From: Flectonema sp. DT1601
Lineage: Eukaryota
NCBI GenBank assembly: GCA_964019425.1
Contig: OZ025799.1
Location: forward strand, 1,178,001 to 1,242,000
Length of the DNA: 64,000 bases
Direction: 5' to 3'
Positions 1-13,000 of the stretch are shown piece after piece. Made by a program: the position numbers and the translations under genes. Numbering within the stretch: position 1 is the stretch's first letter; every line of letters begins with the position of its first letter. The notes below the pieces were generated by a model. It searched no databases and was not told where the DNA came from. It was given only the letters and a program-made list of their open reading frames with translations.

Positions 1-1
1 A

Positions 2-3000
2 AAAGATAAATTAGTATTCATAATTATTAATAATTTATGCATACCTGAAGCGATAGAAGCTATTCAAAATAATGGCGCTAAGGCTATTTTTTCATTAAAA
101 AAAGACAACAACAGACCAATTACATTCACAAGTACTTTTTTTAATATTCCATTTCATCAAATTGATACTGACAACGTCACTTCAGTAATCAACTATGTTA
201 CATTGAACAACGCAATTAACGGGGCTCCTGTGTATAAAATTCCTGGTAGGGTTATATTTAAAACGTCGTCAGTAAGGCCTTTCGTGCATTTATTAAGAGA
301 AGAAATGGTAATGCCTGCAGCCGTGTTGGCATCGTCAACGTTTAGTTGGTCGGTGGCAATCATATTGAGTGCTGTTGGAATCGTGTTTTTATCAACCATA
401 AATGTTGTGAAATATAGGGGGCAAGCTGCGCTTAATTCAGGAACTAAATCATGCACAAAAGAAGAAGGCTATACAGTTCCCTTATCAGCTGCGAGTATGA
501 CTTTGTCTGTGACTTTGTTAGTTGCTATAGGATGCACTGCTTTTGTTCTTGCTTATTTGGCAGGTCGAAAGACGTGTAGAACAACTCGTCACAATGCACA
601 GCTAGCTGTTAGTATTTCTCATCGAAATACTGCTGACAGTCTTCATAATTTAAATCGAATATGGAGGAAGGCTTTGATTGAAAAAGCAGTCAGCACAACT
701 AAGAACTTCTTAGATACTGGTGTTAGACTTGCAAGGTCACTCTCAAATATTTATTTACACTATGATGAGACTTGGCAAACCTTTTATCCTCTTCATCAAA
801 TTCAAAAAGACATCGATTATCCGTGGCTTAGACAAATTAAAATGAGAAACGGATTCTTCTCTGCAGGAGACATTATTACTGACTATGGTATAGGTCCAAT
901 GGTTAGACCCCCTTACGTAAACACAACTCACAATGGTTTCTTATATGATTTTGTTAAGGTAAAGTCTGATGAATTCGGCCAGTTTGTAGCCTATGAAAAT
1001 TACCTTCTGAGAACTCAATACGAGCCTTTGGATATTGTGGGAGGGACTTATGTGGAGCCGATGAAATTAATCGAGGGAAAGAAAAAAAATGAAGCAGTAT
1101 TCCTGAGAAATCCTTATAATATCTGTTTTTATGAAGGGATAAGTAAAAATACTCCTCTTTCGATATTGGTGCCAATCTTTACGTCAATTTCACGTGATGT
1201 CCCAGTTGGTGTGGTGGAAATTCATCGAAAATCACAAGACTTATCCGACTCAATCTTGAGAAAAATACGAGTGATCCCAGAAGCACAAAATGTCACTGTC
1301 ATTGTCTTGGATAGAAAAACTGGTATTCTATTATGCAACAGTGTTTCCAGCTTTGGTCATAGCGACATGTTTCCTATTAGAGATACGTACTTACCAGCAA
1401 CCTGGTACTTCTCATTAAGCAATGCCTATTCTTTAGAACTACGTGCTCTTGGGATAATGTTATGGGATGCTGGAAATGGATCTTACGATGATGGTTTTGG
1501 AAGACTTGCTAATGATGAGCAACAGTTGAGTGGAACTTTTGATCAAAAAGACTACTACAGAGATACTGTTGATCATTTGGTACTCAAATTCGATTTTGAG
1601 CAACGAGATGATTTCACGTATTTGAGAGACTCGACTTCTGAACAATGGAGAGCAGAAATGAGAGATGGATCCTGTCACAATTTCGAGTGCACCCAAACTG
1701 AGAAAATCAGAAACGGAATAAATACTTTCATGAACTTCGATGGAAAGTCAATATTATACATCTACACCAACTTAACGATTGATGCAAAACGAGTTGCTGC
1801 AACTCGTATTGGAAATGGTACTTGGCAGTCTTCATTCACACCGTGGAATAGTACAATTATCTACTCTGATGGAACAGAAGTAGTCGCAAGATACGCTGAA
1901 AATATTCATAAACCAGTTCTCAGACAAGAATGGACGCATCAATACTTCTCAATCTCAATATGGTTTATGACGAGTGAAGTAATAAGTGACGTTAAGGAAC
2001 CAAATGATCATAAAAGTGTGATTCTATTTTCGAACTCAGAATTTGGTGAGAACCGGATATATGCAAATGGGATGTGGTGGTTGGGTGTTCGTAATTTCGG
2101 ATGTGCCACCGATCCAATAAAAAATGGACCTCGTCCTTTTGAATGGACACATATATTCGCAACCAGAACTGTTGATGGATATTGTGCTGTTTACATAAAT
2201 GGTTTACTTCATTCAAAAAAGAGATTATCAGATACGTATGCTGTCACATTAAATGAAGAACCATACCGACTAGGGGTTCGATTTAAAGGGTCGATGGATG
2301 AAATAACAATATTTAACAATACATTTTCCGATAATGAGGTCGAGGAATACTATCGGGTTGGTGTAATGAGGAGGGATATTCCATCAAAGGTTTGGACGTA
2401 TAATCTTCAACAGCTAACGTTTGATTCGGTTGATTACTTAGTTGGGTTATTAATACCTGAAGAGGACATCCTGAGGAGAATTATTTCAAATAATGAAGTC
2501 TTGTCAACAAATCTAGGCATTCAAGAAAAAAACACCAGCATCACATTACGTCAAAGTACTACTGAAGCGATAGGAATCTTATTGGTGGTTACTTTGGGAT
2601 TGGTTTTTATTTTTTTGGTTTTTAATGATGTTTTGACGAGGCCTTTTTCAATTTTTTTGAAAAAATTAACTGCGGCTGCCGCAATGAAACTCGAAGATGA
2701 TAGTACACAAGTGACATTTATAAGTGAGATTAAAGAATTAGAAAAGGCAATGCAAGTTATGATTCGTAACCTGAAGGAATACAGATCGTTTTTTCCAAGA
2801 ACTATATTCGCATCAGTTGAACAGAAATCAGATACTTCTCAAGATGAAATTATTTCTAACACATCATCGTCTCGTATTAGTAGTACAACCAGATCTTCAA
2901 GACTACCTCCGAAATCAGGAGGTCGAGTACTCACTTCGTGTGTTGTCTCAAATAACATAAAATCAGCTCAAGATATGAGAGCGAATCTTGCCTTGTCTCT

Positions 3001-3781
3001 GACAACTAGGAATGCCACTTTCTTGGTTATTAATGTCGTCCGTTTTCACGAACTGTTTGAAGTTATGGCTGACTCGACAGTGATTGAACTCCACGGAGCA
3101 TTTATTGAAGTAGCTGTGTCAACAATCACCAACAATAAAGGAATTCCTGACATTTTTAGTGGGGATAAGGTACTTGCGAATTTCAATGCGGTTAGACAAG
3201 ATACACATCATAAACGAAATGCCTGCAGAGCTGTATTGGCAATGGAAAACCTGAAAAAATTACCTGTTCACATGCAGGTTGCAATCTCAATGGCGGTGAC
3301 ATCAGGAGGTGCTAAGGTTGGGAATATGGGTACCGATGGTATGAAAAAGTTTACTTGTCTATCACCATCTCTGACATGGGCGTATGCGTTAGAGAGAGTG
3401 GCGAGGTATCTTTCTGTTCCCAACCTTATTGACGGAAGTGTGCAGGAGGACGTTGAGACCTTATTTATTACGCAACACCTGGCTACTGTTAACTTTGAAA
3501 AGCTTCAATCAAAACCAATCAGAGTTTCAAAAGTAGTTAGCGACAATAGTGACACCAATTCTGCTTACGGTGAATGGATGTATGCTGTTCCCAAACCTAA
3601 ATCTAGCCCTTGCATAATATGGAACAACATATTGAAATCGATCTTTAGCGAGAATTGGTCTGACGCGTTAGCTGAATTTGAACACCTCGATCTGACTGTT
3701 GCTGAAGAAGAGAGAATCGAGTTCTTTAGAAGTTGCTGTCGGGTAAAAGAGTATATGCCTGTTCAGGTACTGTTTAATTGA
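2..3781 (+). CDS. 5'-partial receptor-type class III nucleotide cyclase-like membrane protein (PA-like, TMs, Cache-like/LamG extracellular region, TM, HAMP, degenerate cyclase)
   Basis: The frame of the 203..3781 ORF is stop-free back to position 2 (KDKLVFIIINNLCIPEAIEAIQNNGAKAIFSL..., PA-domain-like), so the real start lies upstream of the window. LamG motifs FSISIWF, EWTHIFAT, VYINGLL, FKGSMDEITIFN (~1945-2350); TM ~2567-2622 then a HAMP-like segment (ISEIKELEKAMQVM); cyclase motifs FSGDKVLANFNAV and GGAKVGNMG (~3010-3540). Confidence 0.8.
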   Translation, partial: KDKLVFIIINNLCIPEAIEAIQNNGAKAIFSLKKDNNRPITFTSTFFNIPFHQIDTDNVTSVINYVTLNNAINGAPVYKIPGRVIFKTSSVRPFVHLLREEMVMPAAVLASSTFSWSVAIILSAVGIVFLSTINVVKYRGQAALNSGTKSCTKEEGYTVPLSAASMTLSVTLLVAIGCTAFVLAYLAGRKTCRTTRHNAQLAVSISHRNTADSLHNLNRIWRKALIEKAVSTTKNFLDTGVRLARSLSNIYLHYDETWQTFYPLHQIQKDIDYPWLRQIKMRNGFFSAGDIITDYGIGPMVRPPYVNTTHNGFLYDFVKVKSDEFGQFVAYENYLLRTQYEPLDIVGGTYVEPMKLIEGKKKNEAVFLRNPYNICFYEGISKNTPLSILVPIFTSISRDVPVGVVEIHRKSQDLSDSILRKIRVIPEAQNVTVIVLDRKTGILLCNSVSSFGHSDMFPIRDTYLPATWYFSLSNAYSLELRALGIMLWDAGNGSYDDGFGRLANDEQQLSGTFDQKDYYRDTVDHLVLKFDFEQRDDFTYLRDSTSEQWRAEMRDGSCHNFECTQTEKIRNGINTFMNFDGKSILYIYTNLTIDAKRVAATRIGNGTWQSSFTPWNSTIIYSDGTEVVARYAENIHKPVLRQEWTHQYFSISIWFMTSEVISDVKEPNDHKSVILFSNSEFGENRIYANGMWWLGVRNFGCATDPIKNGPRPFEWTHIFATRTVDGYCAVYINGLLHSKKRLSDTYAVTLNEEPYRLGVRFKGSMDEITIFNNTFSDNEVEEYYRVGVMRRDIPSKVWTYNLQQLTFDSVDYLVGLLIPEEDILRRIISNNEVLSTNLGIQEKNTSITLRQSTTEAIGILLVVTLGLVFIFLVFNDVLTRPFSIFLKKLTAAAAMKLEDDSTQVTFISEIKELEKAMQVMIRNLKEYRSFFPRTIFASVEQKSDTSQDEIISNTSSSRISSTTRSSRLPPKSGGRVLTSCVVSNNIKSAQDMRANLALSLTTRNATFLVINVVRFHELFEVMADSTVIELHGAFIEVAVSTITNNKGIPDIFSGDKVLANFNAVRQDTHHKRNACRAVLAMENLKKLPVHMQVAISMAVTSGGAKVGNMGTDGMKKFTCLSPSLTWAYALERVARYLSVPNLIDGSVQEDVETLFITQHLATVNFEKLQSKPIRVSKVVSDNSDTNSAYGEWMYAVPKPKSSPCIIWNNILKSIFSENWSDALAEFEHLDLTVAEEERIEFFRSCCRVKEYMPVQVLFN

Positions 3782-4630
3782 AAAAAAAAAAAAAAAAAAA
3801 AAAAAGTATTTTCTTTCCCCTCTTTGTTTCAGTTTTTTTGGAGTTATGGTCACTTTTTATTTGTCGATTCTCAATAATTTTAATCAGCAAATTATTTGTA
3901 GAAAAGATGATTTGTTTGGTCAAATATTGTAGTCGTCAGTCTCTTCATCCCTGCACACCCCAGCCATTGCCGTGTCTTATGACATACGCATTTCAGTTTC
4001 TTTTGTAAAAACATTTTTTTTTTTTTTAAATTGTTGTGTTATTTTTTTTTTAGCTTCAGTCGAAAATTAATTTTTTTGCGAACACAACCATTGCATTTTC
4101 TCTTTTGTGTTGTCAAGGTCCGCTCTTCATCAATTTGCACCAATTTGCAAATTCGCTTTTTTTTCTTTTTTTTTTTTAAATTTAAAGTTTCCCTGCCCTC
4201 GGGTTTGCTATGTTTCACAGCATTGCCTTTTTTATTTTATTTTAAATACAAACCAACCTTTTGTATGAGGTTGCGCACAAAAGAAAAAACAAAAGCATGA
4301 ATAAGAAAATAAAAAAAATGAAGTTAGTCGATTCCTTTTTTTTCTCTCTTTTTTTCCCCCTTTGCTTCTTTTGAAGATTATTTTTATTTACACTTTTCTC
4401 GTTGAGAATTAAAACTGTCTCTGAGTGTAAAAAAAAACTTCACATCTCATTATGCATTTCATCAGGTAGCTGTACATGCTCGTGGTGCTCGTAGTGCTCG
4501 TAGTTTGTGTCCGTCCGTCAGACTGTTTGGGTGTTTATTTAATTTTATTTTTCAATTCAGATCTTTGGGATCCTTTCTGTCTTTTTTTTTTTCGGAAAAA
4601 AAAAAAAAATAATAAAAATAAAATAAAACA

Positions 4631-6680
4631 ATGGGTTTAACAGATACTTATGCCTATAAGACATCGTACGCTTCTTACATGGGTTTACCCAAACCGAAGA
4701 AAGCAGCAGCGACAGGTCATCACCCAGGTCATTTGGGAGCAGGGTTGCATGGAGCTACAATGCATTTACCAAGCCCAGGTGCGTCAGCAGCCGTAGCAGT
4801 GACAAGTTCTGATTTGCCAGGAACGAGACCTCCACCGATTTTAGTAAAATTAGCAATTCCGATGTCGGGTGAGTGATCAGAGCTTGAATAAACAAAAAAA
4901 AAAAAAAATAAGAAAAGACAACAACAAAAAAAAAAAAAAAAAAGTAAAGTAAAGTAAAGACAAGTTTAAGATACTTAATTATTCATTTACAAAGTCCGGG
5001 AAGAAGAAAAAAAAAAAAAAAAAAAACCACAAAAAAAAGACACCTGTTTTTGATACACAAAACAACATTATTACGAGTTGAAAACATTAAACCATCTAAA
5101 AATTAAAATTAATTACACAAGACATGGGTTTCACAAACCAAATGACTCCTGATATCCTCCAGGGATATGCTACAGCACCAGAGGGTAAAGAACTTGTCGA
5201 AGAGTTGGATAATATGAGTCTTGATGCGAGACAGAGTTGTGATATTCACAAAGAAATGAATCACCAACTTGGCGTTCAGAGGGCTAGACCGATTGGGGCA
5301 AAAGAATTCGGGTTTTCAAACAACAAAAGTCAGATCATCATTCACTGGATCCTCGCAGCAATGGTGGGAATCACATTGAGATTAGTAGTCTTCCCACAGG
5401 CAGCCATGGCAGCAGATATGACCAGCGATGACAACGTCGCGGTCAACGGAATTCCAGCCTCTCACAGGGCTCGTCAAACCGCTTTTTTGGTATCATTCGG
5501 TTGCAGTAAAGCAATCTGTAATGTTATTGTTGGGAGGGTGTCGGATACTCTCAATAGAAAAACTGCTCATACGGCTGGTTGGGGGTTTGGAATCCTACTA
5601 TCAATGCTTCTTCTTAGCAGTACCTCCTGGACTGTGATTGTATTATCAAATATTCTCTTAGGAGCTCAACAGGCAATCGCATGGTCTACAAACATATTTA
5701 TGATGACCGATATCTTAGGTCCTAAAAAACGTGCTTTTTCAAACGGTCTATCAAACTGTACAGGATACTTGTGTAGTGCTTTAGCTGCCTTTGGAGCTGC
5801 TGCTATTGTTGACGTTCAGGGATACAATTGGTCTTTTGGAGCAGTTGGTTTAATAAGTCTTTCAGGGTTTTTATTATCTCTGATATGTGTTGAGGATACG
5901 CTTCCTTTTGTGGCTGCTGAAGTTGCGAGTGAGATTATGGACGAAGATACAAAAACTGATGTTGAGTCTGATACTGATGTGATGATGACTAAAAGTGTTC
6001 AGGTGAGGGCGTCGTCATGGAAATCAATTGCTCTTTCAACATCGATCAATAATGTTTCATGTGCATCCGTGTGCTTAGCTGGGTTCACTGCCAATCTTGT
6101 TACAGGATTGGTCTGGGGATTGGTTTTAATTTGGAGTCGAGAACACGGCTTACCTCCAATTTCAGAAGCGATTATCAACGCAACCTACACGCTCTTGAAA
6201 GCTGTCGCTCTTTTACTTAGTGGTTACTACTCTGATATGACTTCAAAAAGAAAACCAATGTTGGTATCTGGATTAGGATTAATCGTCTGTGGATTAATAA
6301 TATTATCCTTAGCGGGAAGACCTGATGTTGACATCAATGATGTCAGAAACAGACTCGTATTTGGTTCTTCAATTCTTGGTCTTGGAACAGGAATCCTTTA
6401 CCCAGTAATGGGAGCAGCAATTGGTGATCATACTCCAGCTATTAATAGAGCAACCGCTTTGGGTATTTATCGGTTCTGTCGAGACCTCGGATACGCTGCT
6501 GGAGGACTTATCCCTGGAGCTGTATTCACACCACATGATGTGGGTGAGTCTTTTGTTATTACTACGTTGTCGGTGGCTATCTTTTCATCATTGGTGACGA
6601 TATTTTTGTGTTTGTCTTTCGTCGAGAGATTTCCGCACACTCGGAAGAAGGGTGGCGATGTTGTCGACAGCGCGTTGTGA
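4631..6680 (+). CDS. Major facilitator superfamily transporter; predicted exons 4631..4868 and 5122..6680
   Basis: Many hydrophobic helices; MFS motif A in both halves (GRVSDTLNRK, GYYSDMTSKRK); C-terminal RATALGIYRFCRDLGY. The 81-aa ORF at 4631 ends at a G|GTGAGT donor that splices in frame (G+AC = Asp) to the AG just before ATG 5124. The MFS call is firmer than the exon-1 join. Confidence 0.8.
4869..5121 (+). other. Predicted GT-AG intron (253 nt), strongly A-rich
   Basis: GTGAGT donor at 4869, ...ACACAAG acceptor at 5121; removal preserves the frame between the two ORFs. Confidence 0.6.
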
Positions 6681-7027
6681 TCATTTCCTTTTTTTGTGTT
6701 TTTGTTTGCTCAAAACCGTAAGCCGACTTAAACTGAGAAACCCGATAGCGGTTTACGTGCACTGTCAACAAAATCTGTTTAAAAAAAAAAAGAAGGGAAA
6801 AAAAAAGAAGAAATTCTTGCTTTTCAGCAAAAGACTTTCAACATTTTATTATTTATTTACAAAATAAATCTTCACAAAGCTGGAGAGATTACAGCTGTGG
6901 AGTAGGTGAGGAGACTACGTAAGTCGGTTCTTGTACTTCATCTTATTAGACAAGATTAGGGAAAAAAAACAAACTAAAAATAGAACCACATTTAATTTAC
7001 CAGAATGTTTCAACCTCACAAAATAAA

Positions 7028-10000
7028 ATGAAACCCTCAGCACATGTGTTGCTGTTGTTGTTAATGTTCTCTGTTGTAGTCGGACAACCAACAGCTGTTG
7101 TAACCAATATTATGATTGCTGAAGATGATCCTGCGAGAAATATTAACTTTCTAACTGGAATAAGAGACATGAATTCCTGTGGTACTGGTCAGGGGACTTG
7201 TCAACTTGAAATCTCAAATATTGCGAGTTCTGACATCAGATATCGAACAATCATTAACAGTGTGCCTCCTTCAACTGTGTTGTCAGCTACTACTGGTTGC
7301 TCAAATACCTCTCCTTGTTCAGCAGTCATTTCATTAACATTGAGAGATAATCAAAATACGAATGGAGTTCCTTTAGTTGTTACTTTTGATATCATTTCAC
7401 GTCCTCAGTCTGGAGGAACAGCAGTCTCGTCATCATTTCAAATGTCGATAACAATTACTTCTGTAAATGATGCTCCAGAAAGTTCTCCGATTGTTGGAAC
7501 TGTTTTTACTTTCTCCAGCTATCCTCAACCCGCTTCGACTAATCCGAATGTGTTAGAAGTTGAGAACTTCGCAACTGTTGTTCGGGTTGCACCATCAACA
7601 GCCGCAGATGAAGACGGTCAGATTCTATGTGGAGGGGCTTCTTGCCCGTGTACAGTAACCCTGTTGAGTGGAGCATCAGTTTTATCATCAAGTCCGGGAA
7701 TCGAACTCGGGTCTTACACACCTATAGCTACCGCTCCAGTGAGTGGGACATTACGACTTCAGTTACAAAGACCTATTAGAGGTGACTTTCCAAGGAGGAT
7801 GAGGCTCTCTTGTTCGATTACTGATAATGGTATTCCTCAAGGGATAAATCAATTCAATCCAATAGAAATTATTGTCACGGGGATTTCTATTGGAACGGTC
7901 TCACCTACGACGTCGTGTGTTGAGGATAGTGATTGTTTAATTAGTAATTTTATTCCTTCGATAACTGATGGAAATGGAGGAGCTACGAGATTCAATCCCC
8001 AAAACTGGATATCGATTACGAGTACTGAAACTGTTCGGTTGAATGAAATAATATCACAAAACGGATTTGTTCCAATTCATAATCCATCTTCTGGATGTGA
8101 TGGTGGTTGTGCAAGTGATCTACGCATACTGACACTCGCTAATAAAAATACTTTTATAAATAATGTCAACACGCCAATTCCACTTTCCATCACAGTTTTT
8201 GATAATCTCGGAAACAGCGCATCTCCTCAACAGACACTTCTATCAGTCATCTCTGTGAATGATCCTCCCTTGTATTCGCTTTCACCGATTGCATTATCTC
8301 GTCTGGTAGCTAACTATTCTGATGTGAGTAGTGTAGGTTTTCCTGAATTCACATTCAGTCAAATGTTGATGAATATACAGGCTGGACCTGATGATGAACT
8401 TGTGTTTCAAAGTGTTAGAACTTCTGATCAAAGACCTTGTGAGGTTTCAATGCCAAGATTTCAATCGATTGATGCTTCTGTTGTTTTATTTGATGAGATT
8501 CCAATAATTCAGATTTCAGGTTCTGATGGTAGTCTCTCATTCAGATTACGATCTGATTTAATAAATCAATTATCACTATTCTCATCTAGTCAGGATAATT
8601 ATTTATTAGTTAATATTAACTGTCGTCTCTTTGATTCTCAATTAGGGATGACAACTGTTGATCAACTAACTGTCGCAATCATACCACCGAATTCACCTCC
8701 CTTCGCATCGTGTTCTCCTGGAAATAATTGTGTTTTGAGTGTTGTTGAAGATTCAGTCAACGTCACGCTTTCAAATGTCATGGAGCTCTCTCCGAGATCA
8801 TTATTCGGGACTGCTTCTGATTGGGAATCATTTCAGACAATCGAAATCGTAAATTGCGATTTCAATTCTAATTTGATTGATTTCTTTAACATAACAATCC
8901 ATCAACCAGTTGTTGTCTCATCTGATAATTACACGGCATCGATAGAAATTAGTTTGATACCCAACATTGTGAATGGGAATGGTACTTTCAGTTGTACAGT
9001 CAATGATTCTCTCGGATTGGAATCAACTTTTTCTGGAGAGATCGTGGTAACCTCTGTTAATGATTTACCTTATTATGTGTTTGGATCAACAAGTATTGCT
9101 GTGGACGCGTCTAATTTAGTTTCGCAAAACGTTTCTAATATTGTAAGAGACGTGACTGCTGGAATTCCTCCTTCGGGTTCATCAAATGAAGACAATCAAG
9201 TTGTTTGTGGAAACTCTGGGATTTGCATCTGCTCTGTCTCAAGTGGAACTGAAATCTTTACATCAATTCCGACTATCATTTTAGAAAGTAATTCACCGAC
9301 AGTATCATCACCTACATCTGGCGTATTAAATTTTCAATTAAGTGGAGTACTCGGAATAGCAACAGTCACTTGTGTGATAACAGATTCTGAAGGAGCCTCA
9401 TCAACGACACCATTAATAACAATCACAAGTATCCAACAGGGAATTGTATGGAATTTTGATAGAGCTGGTGTTGTTTGTGTTGAAGATGTGTCTCCGTGTG
9501 TTATTAGCGGATTGATTTCTAATTTGAATACAATTCCAACACAGACCTCAGTAATAACTTATTCAAGCCAAGTGACGTCGACTGATAGTCGATTCTCACA
9601 ACTCATCTCATCTTCTTCCCTTCAGGGAGTTGGGTTGTCTGATCTTCGATTAACTCTTTTCGATAATCAGAATACAGAGAGTCAGTCTTCTGTTGTTTTA
9701 GTTATCACTATTTCTAATAATTTAGGAAACTCATTCTCAAGAGAGATTAATTTTGATATTTCAAGTGTGAATGACCCCCCGATATTCACTCCAACAACAG
9801 CAGTCTCTGTTGTGGGAATTCAATTACAAGGAGCTGGTGAATTAATTTTTACGAATACTCCATTAGTGTCGTCTGTTTCTGATGTTGACGGACCTGATTC
9901 AGAAATTCAACTATCGTGTGAGTCGACGAATGTGATTAGTCAGGTGGTGTTTTTTAAATCAAACTTTACTATTGCAGTTCAGTTTGACTACGATCAATTA

Positions 10001-13000
10001 CTTCTGTTTTATGAACAGTCTGGAAGACCAGGTTTTCCATTGTTAGTTGACATCACTTGTCAAGCAACCGACTCACTAAGTGGAAGCAGTACCGTAACCA
10101 GTAGGTTAAGTATAACAACTGGAAAAACAGCTTTCAAAATAGAACCAATGATCACTTCTGTTGAGGATCAGGGTCCTGTTGTGATTGATAATTTTATTAA
10201 AAATGGAACTGACAATAAACTGTTGGCGAGATCAGCGACATCACCATTCGATTCAAACATGGTTTGGTACAGCTTAACATCAACAGATGTCAGATGGGGG
10301 ATTGTCGGTAATGGAATTTTTATGACGTTACCGAGACTCGAACTTGATCAAACAACAAGAACCAGTGCAACCCTAACATATGAAACATCACCTGATAAAA
10401 ACACTGGTACTACTCCAATAAGATTCTTAGTAACACTTACAGACACAACAGGTGATCAGTCTGATCCGGTAGAATGTTTTCTTTCTGTAATTCCAATTAA
10501 TGATAATCCTGTTGTTGGTAATAAAGATACAATAGAACGAGATGGGTTGAACACGTCTACTTTGAATGGATTTTTATTTGGACTACAACAACAAGTGCCT
10601 AACTTGTTGAGTGGAATCTTTTCAGGACCAACAACAGCAGTTGATGAGTTGCAGTCGGATTCTATAACCCCGATGGGAATATCTCAAAGTTGTATTTCTC
10701 GATCTGTTTCTGGTAGAATTACCTCCGAGTCGGAAATTATAATAAATCAAAATACCGCAACTCTGATATTCACCATCGAGGAACCACTTCCAGGTAGATA
10801 TCCAATACGATCTGATTTATCTTTTTTGTGTCAAATAAACGACACGGCTGGTGGTACTACCACTGTTTCTATTCCTGTTCATATCGAGAATGGACCTCCT
10901 ACGTGGTCCCCGTCATCTAATCCGCTACTCACATATGAAGATGGCAGTGTTATTGCTGTTCAGCCGTTAAATGATTTTACTGTCGTCGTGTTTTCGAATT
11001 TTATTCAAAATTTGAATGGTGAAGATGACTTCAATTCAGACTGGGAGGACGTTATGATTACTAACAGTACGATAATAAACTCAGCGATGGTCGTTAATCG
11101 AAATTGTGATTCAGGTTTTCAACCATTATGCACAGCAGACCTTTCTCTTTCGTTGAATAAGAATCAATACGGAACATCTAATATATCGATTGCTATACGA
11201 ACTGTAGGTGGCTTGAGCCATACGAGAAATATAGAAGTGAATGTTGAGAACGTGAATGACCCTCCTTCAATTAACATCATCTCAATAACATCATTTACTT
11301 TTAATAGAGTTGCATACAGCGCTCATACCATTAGAGAAATCGGTACTTCTGTTACACCTGGTCCTGATCTGTTTGATTATATAAATGACCTGTCGTGTAT
11401 TGTTAGTAATCAATTTCTGTTTGCAGTTCAACCAGTTCTCTCTCTTGAAGATGATAACAGCACTCTGTCATTGTCGTTTACGTTTAGTGATGTGTTAGTG
11501 TTGTCGGAGTCTCAGTTAAGTTCGAATGTTTATTGTTCGATAAGTGATGCTTTTGGATCTACGACATCATTAGGAAGTAGTTTCACCCTCTCAGTGATTC
11601 CTCTTTCTAATATCATCATAATGAACTCTCCCGTTAATGAAGTTGTTTGTTATGAAGACGGAAGACAGTTTCCTGTTAATGATCAAACTACACCGTTACC
11701 TTGTTTTATTCAAGACTTTGTTAGGATACTAAATTTCAATGGAGATCTGTTCTCTGATCCTGAATGGTCAGTGATCGGTTTATCAGGTGGGAGTGAAATG
11801 CTTATTAATAATGCATCGCTAACCAGACTACCAACAGTTCAACAACCTACTTCAGACCTATCTTTGAGATTAGTTGAGAATGCGAGTGGATCATTATGGT
11901 TGTCAGTCTTTGTAAGGGATCGTCCAACAGGGAGGACGTCTCAAACTCTTTTTTTTAAAGTAACAGTCTTAAGTGTTAATGATTTTCCGATTATTATGTT
12001 AAATTCGAAATACCTCAACGGAATTCCATCAGCGAACATGTTATCATATCAGTTGGATGACTTTTTAGAACTTGCGGTTCCTGGACCTTCAGACGAAGAG
12101 ATAACACAAAACGTAACTGGAGAATGTAATGGAATCCCTACCAGTGTGTTCTCTTCACAACCAGAGATCGTAATTGCAAATCGAGTGGGACGATTGATGT
12201 TTTCAGTGATTGAGATTGACATCCCGAATGATGTCAGCATATCGTGTTATTTCAATGATAATAATAAAACGATTCCATCAACACCAATGTTAAGAACAGA
12301 TCTCGGAAGGATACCAATCAATCCGTCAATCTCATTTACTATTCCTTCTTCTGTTCGTTGTTTCGAAGACTTGAATTGTCACGTTCCAAACTTCGTATCA
12401 AATCTACGAGACAGGAATTCAGGTTTATCTGAGTTCACGAATCCAATATATTCATTCAACAGTACCGATGATAGATTCTCAAATCTGAGAATGTATTTAA
12501 CGGGAAGGATCTCACCAGTTTATTGTACTTCGAGTAATAATTGTGATTTAGATTTAGTTGTTGAATCTACTTTGGGAAGTAATACCGACTTGTATACAAA
12601 TAGTGGACTTGTCAGTGGGTCTGATCCAATAAGAATAAACATATCAATTAGTGATGTGTCTGGGAGAATAACAACGATGGAGTTCTCGGTGATTATTATT
12701 GGAAATAATGATCTGCCTTCGTACGTTCAAAGTGTTTACGAAATTGTGATTGAAAATCCACAAACTTTATTAGTATTTCCTCGATCAGATCAAATTATTG
12801 ACAACCTTCTTCCTGGAAGACAACAATCACTTTCAGAGGCTGGTCAGATTCTTTGTAATGGACAACCATGTTTATGTCAAAGTACGAATACAATTATATT
12901 TGAAAATCGTTTAAATCCTGTTTTACGATTAAGTGACTACTCACCTGCTGGATTGGTTGGTGCCAGCGGGTTACTTGAGTACACTTTTGATAGAACAGTT

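Noticed and set aside
3668..4300. Short Phe/Lys-rich ORFs here and in other intergenic regions (e.g. 37058-38032, 42363-42671, 44648-46652)
   Set aside because: Translations of poly-T/poly-A tracts, often with non-ATG starts.
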